This document shows positions 1-6,668 of a DNA stretch of 31,490 nucleotides, piece after piece. Below the pieces are notes generated by a model. That model searched no databases. It had not been told where the DNA came from and saw nothing but the letters and a program-made list of their open reading frames with translations. Source of the DNA: a virus; the IMG/VR virus record IMGVR_UViG_3300029779_000023, one strand, 5' to 3'. A program made the position numbers and the translations under genes. The first letter of the stretch is position 1. Each line of letters starts with the position of its first letter.

Positions 1-123
1 CGCTGATCGAACGTCAAATACGAATATCCGTCCATTTCGCAAGCCTCCTTTCGCCGTCCGGATAAAAAAATAAAGCAGGAAAACCCGTTTCGGTTTTCTC
101 TGCTTTTAATGTTACTCCGCACA
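1..123. repeat. Terminal direct repeat or assembly overlap, copy 1 (identical to 31368-31490)
   Basis: All 123 bases match by eye. The repeat cuts through the start of the HTH gene (ATG complement at 33-35 equals 31400-31402) and carries the same terminator. Confidence 0.95.
61..103 (-). terminator. Rho-independent terminator downstream of the transposase gene (same element at 31428-31470)
   Basis: Hairpin at 75-103 has 11 bp with one bulge (GCAG-GAAAACC / GGTTTTC-t-CTGC). It is followed on the minus strand by TTTATTTTTTT (61-74). Confidence 0.7.
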
Positions 124-137
124 TGGCTAAAAGTCAA
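109..137 (-). promoter_or_regulatory. Candidate sigma-A-type promoter for the HTH gene and early genes
   Basis: Minus strand reads TTGACT (132-137), 17 nt, TAACAT (109-114). The predicted start falls inside the right arm of the 75-103 hairpin. Confidence 0.3.
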
Positions 138-179
138 GAGTAAAAGCAGAAAAAACTAAAAAAATTTTTTGTGTACTTT

Positions 180-1214
180 TCAAGCGGCGGCAAGGTGGGC
201 GGCGAACAGGTCGTTTGAACTCGCGAAGCCTAAAATTTCGCGCGGATAGTTATTGATCCACGTTTCGACGCGAAGAATATATGCGGCGGTTACTTTCCGG
301 AAGTCTGTTCCTTTCGGCAAGAACCGCCGTATCATTCTGTTTATATTTTCATTCGTTCCCCGCTCGAATGCGCTATAAGGGTGGCAATAATAAACCTTCG
401 TCCGCTTCCGGTTCTTCCCGTAGATTGACTTTTCAATTCCGGCGCAATCCGCGAATTCTGAACCGTTGTCAAACGTAATGCTTTTGAATATCTTTGAAAA
501 GCGCTTTCCATATCGGCGTTCCAGCTTATTCAGCGCCGCCACGACGCTGGCGGCTGTCTGATCCGGTATCTTCATAATGATTTCTTGCCGCGTCAGACGT
601 TCCGAAAGAACGAACAAGGCTTCCTTCGTCTTTTTCTTTCCGCATACGCAATCGCCTTCCCAATGCCCGAAGGTTTTTCGTTCGTCAATCTCCGGATCGC
701 GTCTTTCTATGCTTTCGCCCTGCGGCGCGCGGGCGGATTTCTTGCGCTTTACTTTTTCATATTTCCGCTTCCGCTTTCCTTTCTCCGGTAAGCTCTCGCG
801 GCTGATCCCGAAAAATATTCCCTTGTCGATGTAGTTATAAATCGTCTTTTCGCTGATCTCCGTTTTGAAGGTCAGCCCCAGCCGTTTGATTTCCCCTACA
901 ACGGCGGCGGGGGAATATCCCTCTTCACCGATTTTCTTTTCGATGAAAGCGGCTAATTCGTGATCGCTCCCGATCTTTAATTCTCCGCCTTTCGCCGCAA
1001 GGTTTTCACGATAACGGGCTTCGGCAATTTCCGGCGAATAGCGTTCTTCCGTCGTCAAGTCGGAATTCAAATGCGTATATGTTCCACGTTTTAATTCCCT
1101 GTAAATCGTCGAATTATGTACGTGTAGCCTGTCGGCGATCTTGCAGGGCTTCAATCCCTCTTTCAACGCCTTTTCTATTTTAAGGCGATCCGTCCACGTC
1201 AAATGCTTGTGCAT
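180..1214 (-). CDS. IS30-family DDE transposase, apparently intact (344 aa)
   Basis: N-terminal HTH (LTWTDRLKIEKALKEG...STIYRELKRG). Catalytic landmarks HWEGD, ITFDNGSEF and HPYSAFERGTNENINRMIRRFLPKGTDF are present. RBS GGAAGGAGG lies before ATG 1214. Confidence 0.9.
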   Translation of the reverse strand: MHKHLTWTDRLKIEKALKEGLKPCKIADRLHVHNSTIYRELKRGTYTHLNSDLTTEERYSPEIAEARYRENLAAKGGELKIGSDHELAAFIEKKIGEEGYSPAAVVGEIKRLGLTFKTEISEKTIYNYIDKGIFFGISRESLPEKGKRKRKYEKVKRKKSARAPQGESIERRDPEIDERKTFGHWEGDCVCGKKKTKEALFVLSERLTRQEIIMKIPDQTAASVVAALNKLERRYGKRFSKIFKSITFDNGSEFADCAGIEKSIYGKNRKRTKVYYCHPYSAFERGTNENINRMIRRFLPKGTDFRKVTAAYILRVETWINNYPREILGFASSNDLFAAHLAAA

Positions 1215-1232
1215 TCTCGTTCCTCCTTCCCC

Positions 1233-1264
1233 GAAAGAAAAAGGGCGGCATATCCTGCCGCCCT
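1233..1264 (-). terminator. Rho-independent terminator after the RHH gene
   Basis: Perfect 9-bp stem AGGGCGGCA / TGCCGCCCT (1242-1264, loop 5 nt), followed on the minus strand by TTTTTCTTTC. Confidence 0.65.
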
Positions 1265-1276
1265 CCGTTGCTCCGC

Positions 1277-1465
1277 TTATTCTGCTAAAAACTGTTCAAT
1301 CGCTTTCTTGATAACTTGCGCTTGCGGCGTTCCCGTCGCCGCGCATTTTTCTTTGAATGCTTCCGCCATCTCTTTTGGAACTCGAACGATAATCGAACCG
1401 TACACGCGGCTATTATAGCGGTTTTTTACCGCCGAAGAAGTTTTCGTTTTCCGCTTTTCTGCCAT
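1277..1465 (-). CDS. Ribbon-helix-helix (Arc/CopG-like) DNA-binding protein, 62 aa
   Basis: ATG 1465 with RBS GAGGTGGGAG. IIVRVPKEMAEAFKEKCAATGTPQAQVIKKAIEQFL fits a beta strand plus two helices. The track ORF begins at an upstream GTG (1474). Confidence 0.6.
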   Translation of the reverse strand: MAEKRKTKTSSAVKNRYNSRVYGSIIVRVPKEMAEAFKEKCAATGTPQAQVIKKAIEQFLAE

Positions 1466-1476
1466 TGCTCCCACCT

Positions 1477-1644
1477 CTAAAACAACTCTTCCGCTTCAAC
1501 GTAGGCGCGCAATTCCTCTTCATCGGCGCAAATATCTTTCGGAACTTTGTATTCCACGGATAAGCCGCCGATCTTACAGGACAGCACCCAGCATTCGCGA
1601 CGCTCTGTGATCGTATATTCCTTGTTTCCTTTGCGAATAATCAT
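1477..1644 (-). CDS. Small hypothetical protein, 55 aa
   Basis: ATG 1644 preceded by GGAAAGGGG. The stop abuts the RBS of the RHH gene. The longer track ORF (to 1686) would overlap a plus-strand promoter. Confidence 0.5.
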   Translation of the reverse strand: MIIRKGNKEYTITERRECWVLSCKIGGLSVEYKVPKDICADEEELRAYVEAEELF

Positions 1645-1669
1645 ATTCAGCCCCTTTCCGCCCGCTCCG

Positions 1670-1699
1670 TTGACAACCACGGGCAATTTATATTATAAT
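1670..1699 (+). promoter_or_regulatory. Consensus sigma-A promoter on the plus strand (antisense to the early leftward genes)
   Basis: TTGACA (1670-1675), 18 nt, TATAAT (1694-1699), in an intergenic gap. The transcript would start near 1706 with a stable 5' hairpin (1709-1735). Confidence 0.6.
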
Positions 1700-1747
1700 A
1701 GGGCTTACGGGAAGGGCGGTTTCCCGCCCGTTCCCTGCCTATGAAAG

Positions 1748-1888
1748 CTATTTGCTTTCTTTGGGATTTGAAGCCTTGCTGGATTTTTGCTTCTTCAAAG
1801 TGATTTTAATAACAACGCTTTCCACCGCTTCGTTATTTTCAATCGCTTTTGAAAGCTCCTGCAAGGCTTTTCCTATATCCTGCGCCAT
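1748..1888 (-). CDS. Small ORF absent from the supplied track, 46 aa (MAQDIGKALQELSKAIENNEAVESVVIKITLKKQKSSKASNPKESK)
   Basis: ATG 1888, TAG 1748-1750. RBS GGAGGTG lies 5 nt upstream, directly downstream of the near-consensus promoter at 1914-1942. Confidence 0.55.
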   Translation of the reverse strand: MAQDIGKALQELSKAIENNEAVESVVIKITLKKQKSSKASNPKESK

Positions 1889-1913
1889 TTCTTCACCTCC
1901 TTTCTATGCTTCT

Positions 1914-1942
1914 ATTGTAGCATACTTATTGCAGTATGTCAA
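1914..1942 (-). promoter_or_regulatory. Strong sigma-A promoter with an operator-like palindrome in its spacer
   Basis: Minus strand reads TTGACA (1937-1942), 17 nt, TGcTACAAT (-10 at 1914-1919). Palindrome CATACT-N6-AGTATG at 1921-1938 sits between the -35 and -10 boxes. Confidence 0.65.
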
Positions 1943-1974
1943 TAGATTTCCCGAAATAAACAAGAAAAAATCAT

Positions 1975-2006
1975 AAAAACAAGGCGACGGGATAGCCCGC
2001 CGCCTT
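1975..2006 (-). terminator. Terminator of the XRE repressor gene
   Basis: Hairpin at 1981-2006 (11 bp, one mismatch, loop 4 nt) is followed on the minus strand by GTTTTTATGATTTTTT. Confidence 0.6.
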
Positions 2007-2248
2007 TATTCGTCCCCTAAAAGCCAATCAACCGAAACGCCCAGCACCTTTGCAAATATCTTTAATTCAAAGTCGGATACAAAGCGCGTTCCGATCTCTA
2101 TTCGGCTTATGCTGTCCCGCTCCATATTAACGCCCTGCGTCTGTACCTTTGCGGCTAAATCCTCTTGCCGTAAACGCTGGATCACCCGCGCTTGACGCAA
2201 TCGTTCGCCGCAAATATTCTTTTTCCCGTTATAGTCGTATATCTTCAT
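2006..2248 (-). CDS. XRE (Cro/CI-type) helix-turn-helix transcriptional regulator, 80 aa
   Basis: ICGERLRQARVIQRLRQEDLAAKVQTQGVNMERDSISRIEIG is a canonical XRE HTH. The gene is monocistronic between its own promoter and terminator. Confidence 0.85.
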   Translation of the reverse strand: MKIYDYNGKKNICGERLRQARVIQRLRQEDLAAKVQTQGVNMERDSISRIEIGTRFVSDFELKIFAKVLGVSVDWLLGDE

Positions 2249-2268
2249 ATCGTGTGCGATCCCTCTTC

Positions 2269-2297
2269 ATTCTGATTATTTGCAAACAGCGTGTAAA
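2269..2297 (-). promoter_or_regulatory. Promoter of the XRE gene
   Basis: Minus strand reads TTTACA (2292-2297), 17 nt, CAGAAT (2269-2274). It lies back-to-back with the plus-strand promoter at 2313. Confidence 0.45.
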
Positions 2298-2312
2298 TAT
2301 TCCGCTTTATTC

Positions 2313-2341
2313 TTGATTTTAGCGCGCGGAAGCCGTATAAT
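2313..2341 (+). promoter_or_regulatory. Promoter of the plus-strand membrane-protein gene
   Basis: TTGATT (2313-2318), 17 nt, TATAAT (2336-2341). Confidence 0.6.
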
Positions 2342-2407
2342 TATGTTAAAGGTCAGAATGGGTAAATTCTGCCTTGAAAATTTACAATTCAAAGGGGGAT
2401 TTGCTCT

Positions 2408-2713
2408 ATGTTCGTAACCTTTACAAAGACACTAAAACGAATGGCTGGTTTTCGGCTGGGCTTCGGTATCCGCGTAAATAAGCGCAACGCCCCGTTGTGG
2501 TGTGGCGCTATGCTTGTCGCCGGAATGTTCTATCTTATGTGGTATATGATTATTGGCGCGGGCTGGTGTCTGTACTTTATGCTTTTGGCGATCTACAAGA
2601 TTTATTATTACCTGTTTAAGGGGATCGCGATAGGGTGTAAGAAACTGTATCGTTTCATCAAAGGGAAAATCGCTACGGCGGAAACGGAAACGCCCGCCGA
2701 TCCGGAACAATAA
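2408..2713 (+). CDS. Small integral membrane protein, 101 aa (only convincing plus-strand gene; candidate lysogeny-expressed moron or exclusion factor)
   Basis: RBS AAGGGGGA before ATG 2408. Hydrophobic spans LWCGAMLVAGMFYLMWYMIIGAGWCLYFMLLAIY. It has its own promoter and terminator. Confidence 0.65.
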   Translation: MFVTFTKTLKRMAGFRLGFGIRVNKRNAPLWCGAMLVAGMFYLMWYMIIGAGWCLYFMLLAIYKIYYYLFKGIAIGCKKLYRFIKGKIATAETETPADPEQ

Positions 2714-2720
2714 TGCCAAC

Positions 2721-2766
2721 AAAAAAAGCCCCGCGAAGGCGTGTAGCCTTCGCGGGGAATTTTTTA
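2721..2766. terminator. Bidirectional Rho-independent terminator between convergent genes
   Basis: Perfect 12-bp stem CCCCGCGAAGGC / GCCTTCGCGGGG (2729-2757), flanked by an A-run (2721-2727) and a T-run (2760-2765). Confidence 0.85.
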
Positions 2767-2833
2767 TCGATGGGATAGCTCGCCGCCGAAAGCCGCTTCG
2801 CGGAAGGAGGAAACGCGGGCGGCGTTGTCGGTG

Positions 2834-3163
2834 TTAGTCGTTTTCTTCGCCTTCCGCTTCGATCAGCCCGATATACTCCGGAAGATTGAAAACGGCGGCT
2901 TCGATCAGTTTATCCAAGCTGTCGGGATTAATGGTAAAGCCCTTTTCCTGCAAGAACTGCACGACATAGGCTTTCTTTTCTGCGCCGCGCCCGCTTCCCA
3001 CGTAAAGCTGTTCGGCGGCTTCTACGGCAACCGTTACCCACAATTCGATCTTCTCCAGCTTGTCCGCGTCGATTTTCCCTTTCAGCCACGGGATCACGAA
3101 CGCGGTAATAACTGCCGCGACAAGCGCGATAATTGCTTCCATAATGGGTGTAAGATCAATCAT
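2834..3163 (-). CDS. Holin, LL-H-like (109 aa)
   Basis: N-terminal TM segment IMEAIIALVAAVITAFVIPWL followed by a charged helical region. It is the last gene of the lysis cassette. Confidence 0.55.
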   Translation of the reverse strand: MIDLTPIMEAIIALVAAVITAFVIPWLKGKIDADKLEKIELWVTVAVEAAEQLYVGSGRGAEKKAYVVQFLQEKGFTINPDSLDKLIEAAVFNLPEYIGLIEAEGEEND

Positions 3164-3463
3164 TTATAAAACCTCGCTTTCGTCTGTTTCCGTTTCCGGT
3201 TCGATTTCTTCTTTTTTCTTCACTCTTGCAACAATGATTTCCGATACACGTTTCAGCATAAGCGCGCCGCACTCGATCACAACGGCGGTAAAGTAGTACG
3301 TAATCAGCGTTGTTTGTTCAATCCCCGTAATGAGGAAAGAAACATACTGCGCCGCAATGAAGATCGCCGTTGTAATTCCGATCGCGACAATAACTTTTGT
3401 TGCGAAACGTTCGTCCGCAAGAAACTTCTTTTGACGCTTTCCGCGCCTTAAATGCTTTCCCAT
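3164..3463 (-). CDS. Holin-like small membrane protein (99 aa)
   Basis: ATG 3463 with RBS GAAGGGGGA. Two to three hydrophobic spans and an acidic C-terminus ...ETDESEVL. It lies between the endolysin and holin genes. Confidence 0.5.
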   Translation of the reverse strand: MGKHLRRGKRQKKFLADERFATKVIVAIGITTAIFIAAQYVSFLITGIEQTTLITYYFTAVVIECGALMLKRVSEIIVARVKKKEEIEPETETDESEVL

Positions 3464-3535
3464 ATTTCCCCCTTCCATAGATCGCACGAAATCGCACGGC
3501 GTGCGATCCGATAACGCGCGCGTGCGATCCGTGTA

Positions 3536-4525
3536 TTAAACAAGCGTCAGATCGGACAGCTTCACCGCCGCGACAACCACGCCACCGTATGTAATCACGG
3601 CGCGATCTCCGCTGATTTCCTTTACGACGTGATCGCGGTTATACACGAAGGAAGCAAGGCTTTTCCCGTCGTAGGTTTTCGCGCCCTGCTTCAAGCGTAC
3701 TTTGCTTCCCACCTTCACGGAAGCCGCCGCCGTGCCGCCGCTTCCGGTCGTAATAAAAGCGTCAGAATATCCCGCCGCTTTCAGCTTTGCAAGCATAGCG
3801 TCGGCGTTTGCCTTCTTGCTGAACGCACCCACCTGTACTTTGTAATAGCCGCCCGTATTCGCGACGTAGGTATCGAAACCAGCCGCCTTCAATTTCTTTT
3901 CCAGCGCCTGTGCGTTCGATTTCTGCTTGAAAGCGCCTGTCTGCACTTTGTAAAGCGTACCAGCTCCGGAAGAAGGCGTTTCCGGCTCCGCCGGGGAAGC
4001 CCCCAGCCTTTTGTTTACCTCCGCCGCGATCGCGCCGTGCCTTTCGTACAGATAATCCCCCGGACAGGATTTATTCGCGTAATCTCTATGAACCGTCATA
4101 TTGCAACCGTTCAAATGATTAACGCGCTCATTCTTATTCGTAGACCAAACAAGTTTCTTGATCCCGTTCCTGCGGCAAATATCCGTTACAAGGTCAAGAA
4201 GGGCGGCGTATGCTTTCGCGTTCACGGCGTAAGGGTGTGCCGTGTCGCTTGCAACTTCGATTGTGATTGCGCGGTTATCGTTCGCCGCGTTTGAACTGCA
4301 CCACGAACGATCCTTTTCTTCGACATACATTCCGATACGTCCGTCAACGCCCACGCCGTAATTAGAACTTGCCTGTCGCGAAGTCGGCGCAAAGATGTTT
4401 CCCAGCGTTTCAACGGAACATTGCCCGACAACGCAATGAATTGTGATCGTGTCGATCGCGTGATTTCGCGGGCTTGTTCTGTTCGGTGAAATTTTCGTGT
4501 AGTCCACCAGCGTGCTGTTACTCAT
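3536..4525 (-). CDS. Endolysin: N-acetylmuramoyl-L-alanine amidase (Amidase_2/PGRP type) with two SPOR repeats and a C-terminal SH3-like segment
   Basis: ITIHCVVG, NDNRAITIEVA and HRDYANKSCPG motifs. YKVQTGAFKQKSNAQALEKKLKAAGF and YKVQVGAFSKKANADAMLAKLKAAGY are SPOR-like. RBS GGAGG is present. Confidence 0.85.
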   Translation of the reverse strand: MSNSTLVDYTKISPNRTSPRNHAIDTITIHCVVGQCSVETLGNIFAPTSRQASSNYGVGVDGRIGMYVEEKDRSWCSSNAANDNRAITIEVASDTAHPYAVNAKAYAALLDLVTDICRRNGIKKLVWSTNKNERVNHLNGCNMTVHRDYANKSCPGDYLYERHGAIAAEVNKRLGASPAEPETPSSGAGTLYKVQTGAFKQKSNAQALEKKLKAAGFDTYVANTGGYYKVQVGAFSKKANADAMLAKLKAAGYSDAFITTGSGGTAAASVKVGSKVRLKQGAKTYDGKSLASFVYNRDHVVKEISGDRAVITYGGVVVAAVKLSDLTLV

Positions 4526-4547
4526 TGTTGATACCTCCTAAAATTAA

Positions 4548-4583
4548 GAACGGGAACGGCTCATTCGTGAACCGCTCCCGTTC
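4548..4583 (-). terminator. Hairpin or partial terminator between the XhlA-like gene and the endolysin gene
   Basis: GAACGGGAaCGG / CCGcTCCCGTTC stem (11 bp, one mismatch), followed on the minus strand by TTAATTTTA. Confidence 0.35.
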
Positions 4584-4587
4584 TGTT

Positions 4588-4881
4588 TTACTTGCTGATT
4601 TGCTGTTCGATATGGTCAAGTCGTTTATGTGCCTGTTTTGCAGACGCTTCAACGGAAACAAGCCTTCCGACGAAATCGGTATTCGTCTTTCTCTGTTCCC
4701 GTTGTTCCGCCTTTACGTCGTCAATGCCGCCTTTTATGTATCCCAATTCGGTTAGAATTGTTGCGTCGCTCTTCGCTTCTTTGGTCTTGTCGCTGTCCCT
4801 ATTACGGACAAAAGCGATATACCCAAACACGATTGCGCAAACGGTACTGATAACAGATAAAACGGTCATTGCATTTTCCAT
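4588..4881 (-). CDS. Membrane-anchored coiled-coil lysis-associated protein (XhlA/BhlA-like topology), 97 aa
   Basis: N-terminal TM VLSVISTVCAIVFGYIAFV followed by a charged coiled-coil tail. RBS AGGAGG lies 7 nt before ATG 4881. It is the first gene of the lysis cassette. Confidence 0.45.
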   Translation of the reverse strand: MENAMTVLSVISTVCAIVFGYIAFVRNRDSDKTKEAKSDATILTELGYIKGGIDDVKAEQREQRKTNTDFVGRLVSVEASAKQAHKRLDHIEQQISK

Positions 4882-5948
4882 TCGTCGCCCTCCTTTCGTT
4901 CATTGGCGATTTGTGCCGCCGCGCTTGCGGCTTGCCGCTCTTCCCGCGCGCCCTCCAGCCGTCGAAGCATTCCTTCCCGAAGCAAGTACGCGTCCGCGTG
5001 TTGGATATGCCCCAGCCAGCTTTGAAGGGCTTTCGCGAAGCGCTCTTCGCTGATAATTCCCTTCCGGTATGCGCGGATCGTCCGCTTCATTCGGCGAATG
5101 CTTGTTTTGCGCACCTTCTTGTGGTCGGTGAAGTGTCTGTATCCGCAGAAATCAACGCCGTTCTTGCAATTAAGGATCGTTGTTTTCGGATTGAGAAGCA
5201 AGCCCAATTCCGAAGCAAGGAAGAATTCGATCTTCTGCAACAAATCCCGCAAATACGCCTTGTCGGGCGAAAGGATAACGAAGTCGTCCATATAGCGTAT
5301 ATAATGCCGAACGTGCAAGGTTTCTTTCAAATACTTGTCCATCCGATCAAGATATAAATTCGCGAATAACTGTGACGTAAGGTTTCCGACGGGAATTCCC
5401 TTGCCGTCCGTGCCGACGTTGTCGATGATTTTATCGAGAAGCGCAAGCGCTTCTTCGTCCTTGATGATCCGCCGGATCGTCGCTTTCAGCCTTTCGTGGT
5501 CGATTGATTGAAAGTAATGGTGAATGTCCGCTTTGATCGCGTACAGCGGTTTTCCGTCGAAGGTTTCATCGTAAAGCCATTTCGTCAGCACTTCGGAAGC
5601 CTTGTGCATTCCCTTTTCCTTGCGGCAAGCGTAGGAATGATAATAAAACCGCCGATCTATCAGCGGTTCTAAAATATTGTTGATCGCGTGTTGCGCGACG
5701 CGATCGGCGAACGGAAGGGCGGAGATTAACCGCTTCTTCGGTTCGTAAACGTAAAACGTGCGGTAAATCCCTTGTTCGTAAGAATGCCATATCAAGTGAT
5801 TTTGCAAATTGATAAGGTTTTCTTCAAGATTTCGCGAATACCGCAAAACTTCGTTACGATAACGCTTGCACCGCCGCGCTTTCTTGTATGCGCGTTCGAG
5901 ATTTGCGAAATCGTATATCTGTTCATAAATTCCGGTGTATCTTTTCAT
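4866..5948 (-). CDS. DGR-type reverse transcriptase (360 aa)
   Basis: ATG 5948 with RBS GGGAGG (5953-5958). Motifs IPVGNLTSQLFANLYL ([I/L]GxxxSQ, DGR signature) and RYMDDFVIL (YxDD). The 57-codon upstream extension in the track ORF merely reads through the TR and spacer. Confidence 0.9.
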   Translation of the reverse strand: MKRYTGIYEQIYDFANLERAYKKARRCKRYRNEVLRYSRNLEENLINLQNHLIWHSYEQGIYRTFYVYEPKKRLISALPFADRVAQHAINNILEPLIDRRFYYHSYACRKEKGMHKASEVLTKWLYDETFDGKPLYAIKADIHHYFQSIDHERLKATIRRIIKDEEALALLDKIIDNVGTDGKGIPVGNLTSQLFANLYLDRMDKYLKETLHVRHYIRYMDDFVILSPDKAYLRDLLQKIEFFLASELGLLLNPKTTILNCKNGVDFCGYRHFTDHKKVRKTSIRRMKRTIRAYRKGIISEERFAKALQSWLGHIQHADAYLLREGMLRRLEGAREERQAASAAAQIANERKEGDEWKMQ

Positions 5949-6114
5949 AGAACCTCCCGCGTCCGCCTTTCGCTTTCTGCTACTAACCAGCCGCGTCCCT
6001 TTTCGTATTTGCCCAGCGGTATTCCTCCGCCAAGACGGGCAAAGCGTTCTGACTAATGGTATTTGCATTAGTTGTGCCGTTGCTCCGTAAAGCAACACGC
6101 CTAAAAGTTTCCAA
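5949..6114 (-). ncRNA. TR-to-RT spacer of the DGR RNA (structured)
   Basis: Non-coding 166 nt with three hairpins: 6079-6096 (6 bp), 6052-6072 (7 bp) and 6009-6042 (6 bp outer plus 4 bp inner). Confidence 0.5.
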
Positions 6115-6232
6115 GTCACAGGCGCACCGCGCGCCGATGCTCGGGTTCACGTCCCACGGGTAGTTGTTCAAGCGGACGGCGCGCGCCCCGGCGTGAACGC
6201 CATTGTGCCAGTTGCCGCCGCCGAGAAGGGCG
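6115..6232 (-). repeat. DGR template repeat (TR), RT-proximal copy
   Basis: 118 nt with 104 identical to 6678-6795 at a fixed offset of 563. It is non-coding, between avd and the RT gene. Confidence 0.85.
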
Positions 6233-6259
6233 CAGAATTAACAACGCTTTGCCCAAATG

Positions 6260-6601
6260 TCAACGCCCGCTTTGCGCAAACTTTATCAGCCCGCCGAGAA
6301 GCGAACCGATTTCAGCGATCTTCCCGCATATCACGCCGTATTGCTTCGGATTGATATATCGGAGATCATGCGCAAGGCGGATCAACATTTTTAATTCCTC
6401 TATGAGAACGTCCGCTTCGTATAGGTTGGATTTCTTCGCCGTGCTTTTGTTTGCCTTGATAACGCACCGTTCCAAATCTATCACGCAATTTTTGATTTGC
6501 GTTTGAAGCGTGAATTTCTCATACTTCGGGAACTTTGCAATTATGGGATAGAGGTACAAGAGAAAATCGTATACCTTTTGATACAATACCAGCTTTTCCA
6601 T
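6260..6601 (-). CDS. avd: Accessory variability determinant (Avd-like four-helix-bundle protein), 113 aa
   Basis: Size, position between VR and TR, and sequence (YQKVYDFLLYLYPIIAKFPKYEKFTL...) typical of the Avd / 23S-rRNA-IVS protein family. Confidence 0.8.
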   Translation of the reverse strand: MEKLVLYQKVYDFLLYLYPIIAKFPKYEKFTLQTQIKNCVIDLERCVIKANKSTAKKSNLYEADVLIEELKMLIRLAHDLRYINPKQYGVICGKIAEIGSLLGGLIKFAQSGR

Positions 6602-6617
6602 GTGTCAAAGTCCCTTC

Positions 6618-6647
6618 AAAAATAGGGGACGGGCTTTCGCCCGCCCC
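6618..6647 (-). terminator. GC-rich hairpin with GAAA loop downstream of VR (terminator-like; candidate DGR target-recognition hairpin)
   Basis: Minus strand reads GGGGCGGGC-GAAA-GCCCGTCCCC (9 bp, one bulge, 6625-6647) followed by TATTTTTG. It lies 30 nt beyond the VR 3' end. Confidence 0.6.
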
Positions 6648-6668
6648 GTCAGATATTCAGATAACAGA

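Larger units (their letters stand above)
133..1266 (-). mobile_element. Possible IS30-family insertion (boundaries uncertain) or phage-borne DDE integrase cassette
   Basis: A 1134-bp segment holds only the transposase gene. It is bracketed by imperfect direct repeats GTTaCTCCGC..GCTAAAA (111-132) and GTTgCTCCGC..GCTAAAA (1267-1290). No terminal inverted repeats were recognised by eye. Confidence 0.3.

Noticed and set aside
104-1290. Terminal inverted repeats for the IS30-like element, and an abutted IR-IR junction such as the A7T6 palindrome at 158-170.
   Set aside because: No convincing inverted repeat was found between the two flanks by eye. The A/T palindrome decays immediately outside the homopolymers. 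The boundaries are left open rather than asserted.
1752-1976. 74-aa plus-strand ORF in the regulatory region.
   Set aside because: It has a TTG start with no RBS and a hydrophobic low-complexity product. It lies antisense to a 46-aa ORF that has a strong RBS and promoter. The plus-strand transcript is better read as non-coding antisense RNA.
5949-6119. The 57-codon N-terminal extension of the reverse-transcriptase ORF given in the track (start 6119).
   Set aside because: It reads through the spacer and into the TR and has no RBS. ATG 5948 has GGGAGG at the correct spacing and begins the conserved RT N-terminus (MKRYTGIYEQIYDFANL).
5983-6171. 62-aa minus-strand ORF MNNYPWDVNPSIGARCACD...
   Set aside because: It is simply the in-frame translation of the template repeat. 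It has no RBS and runs into the spacer, so it is not an independent gene or a second target.
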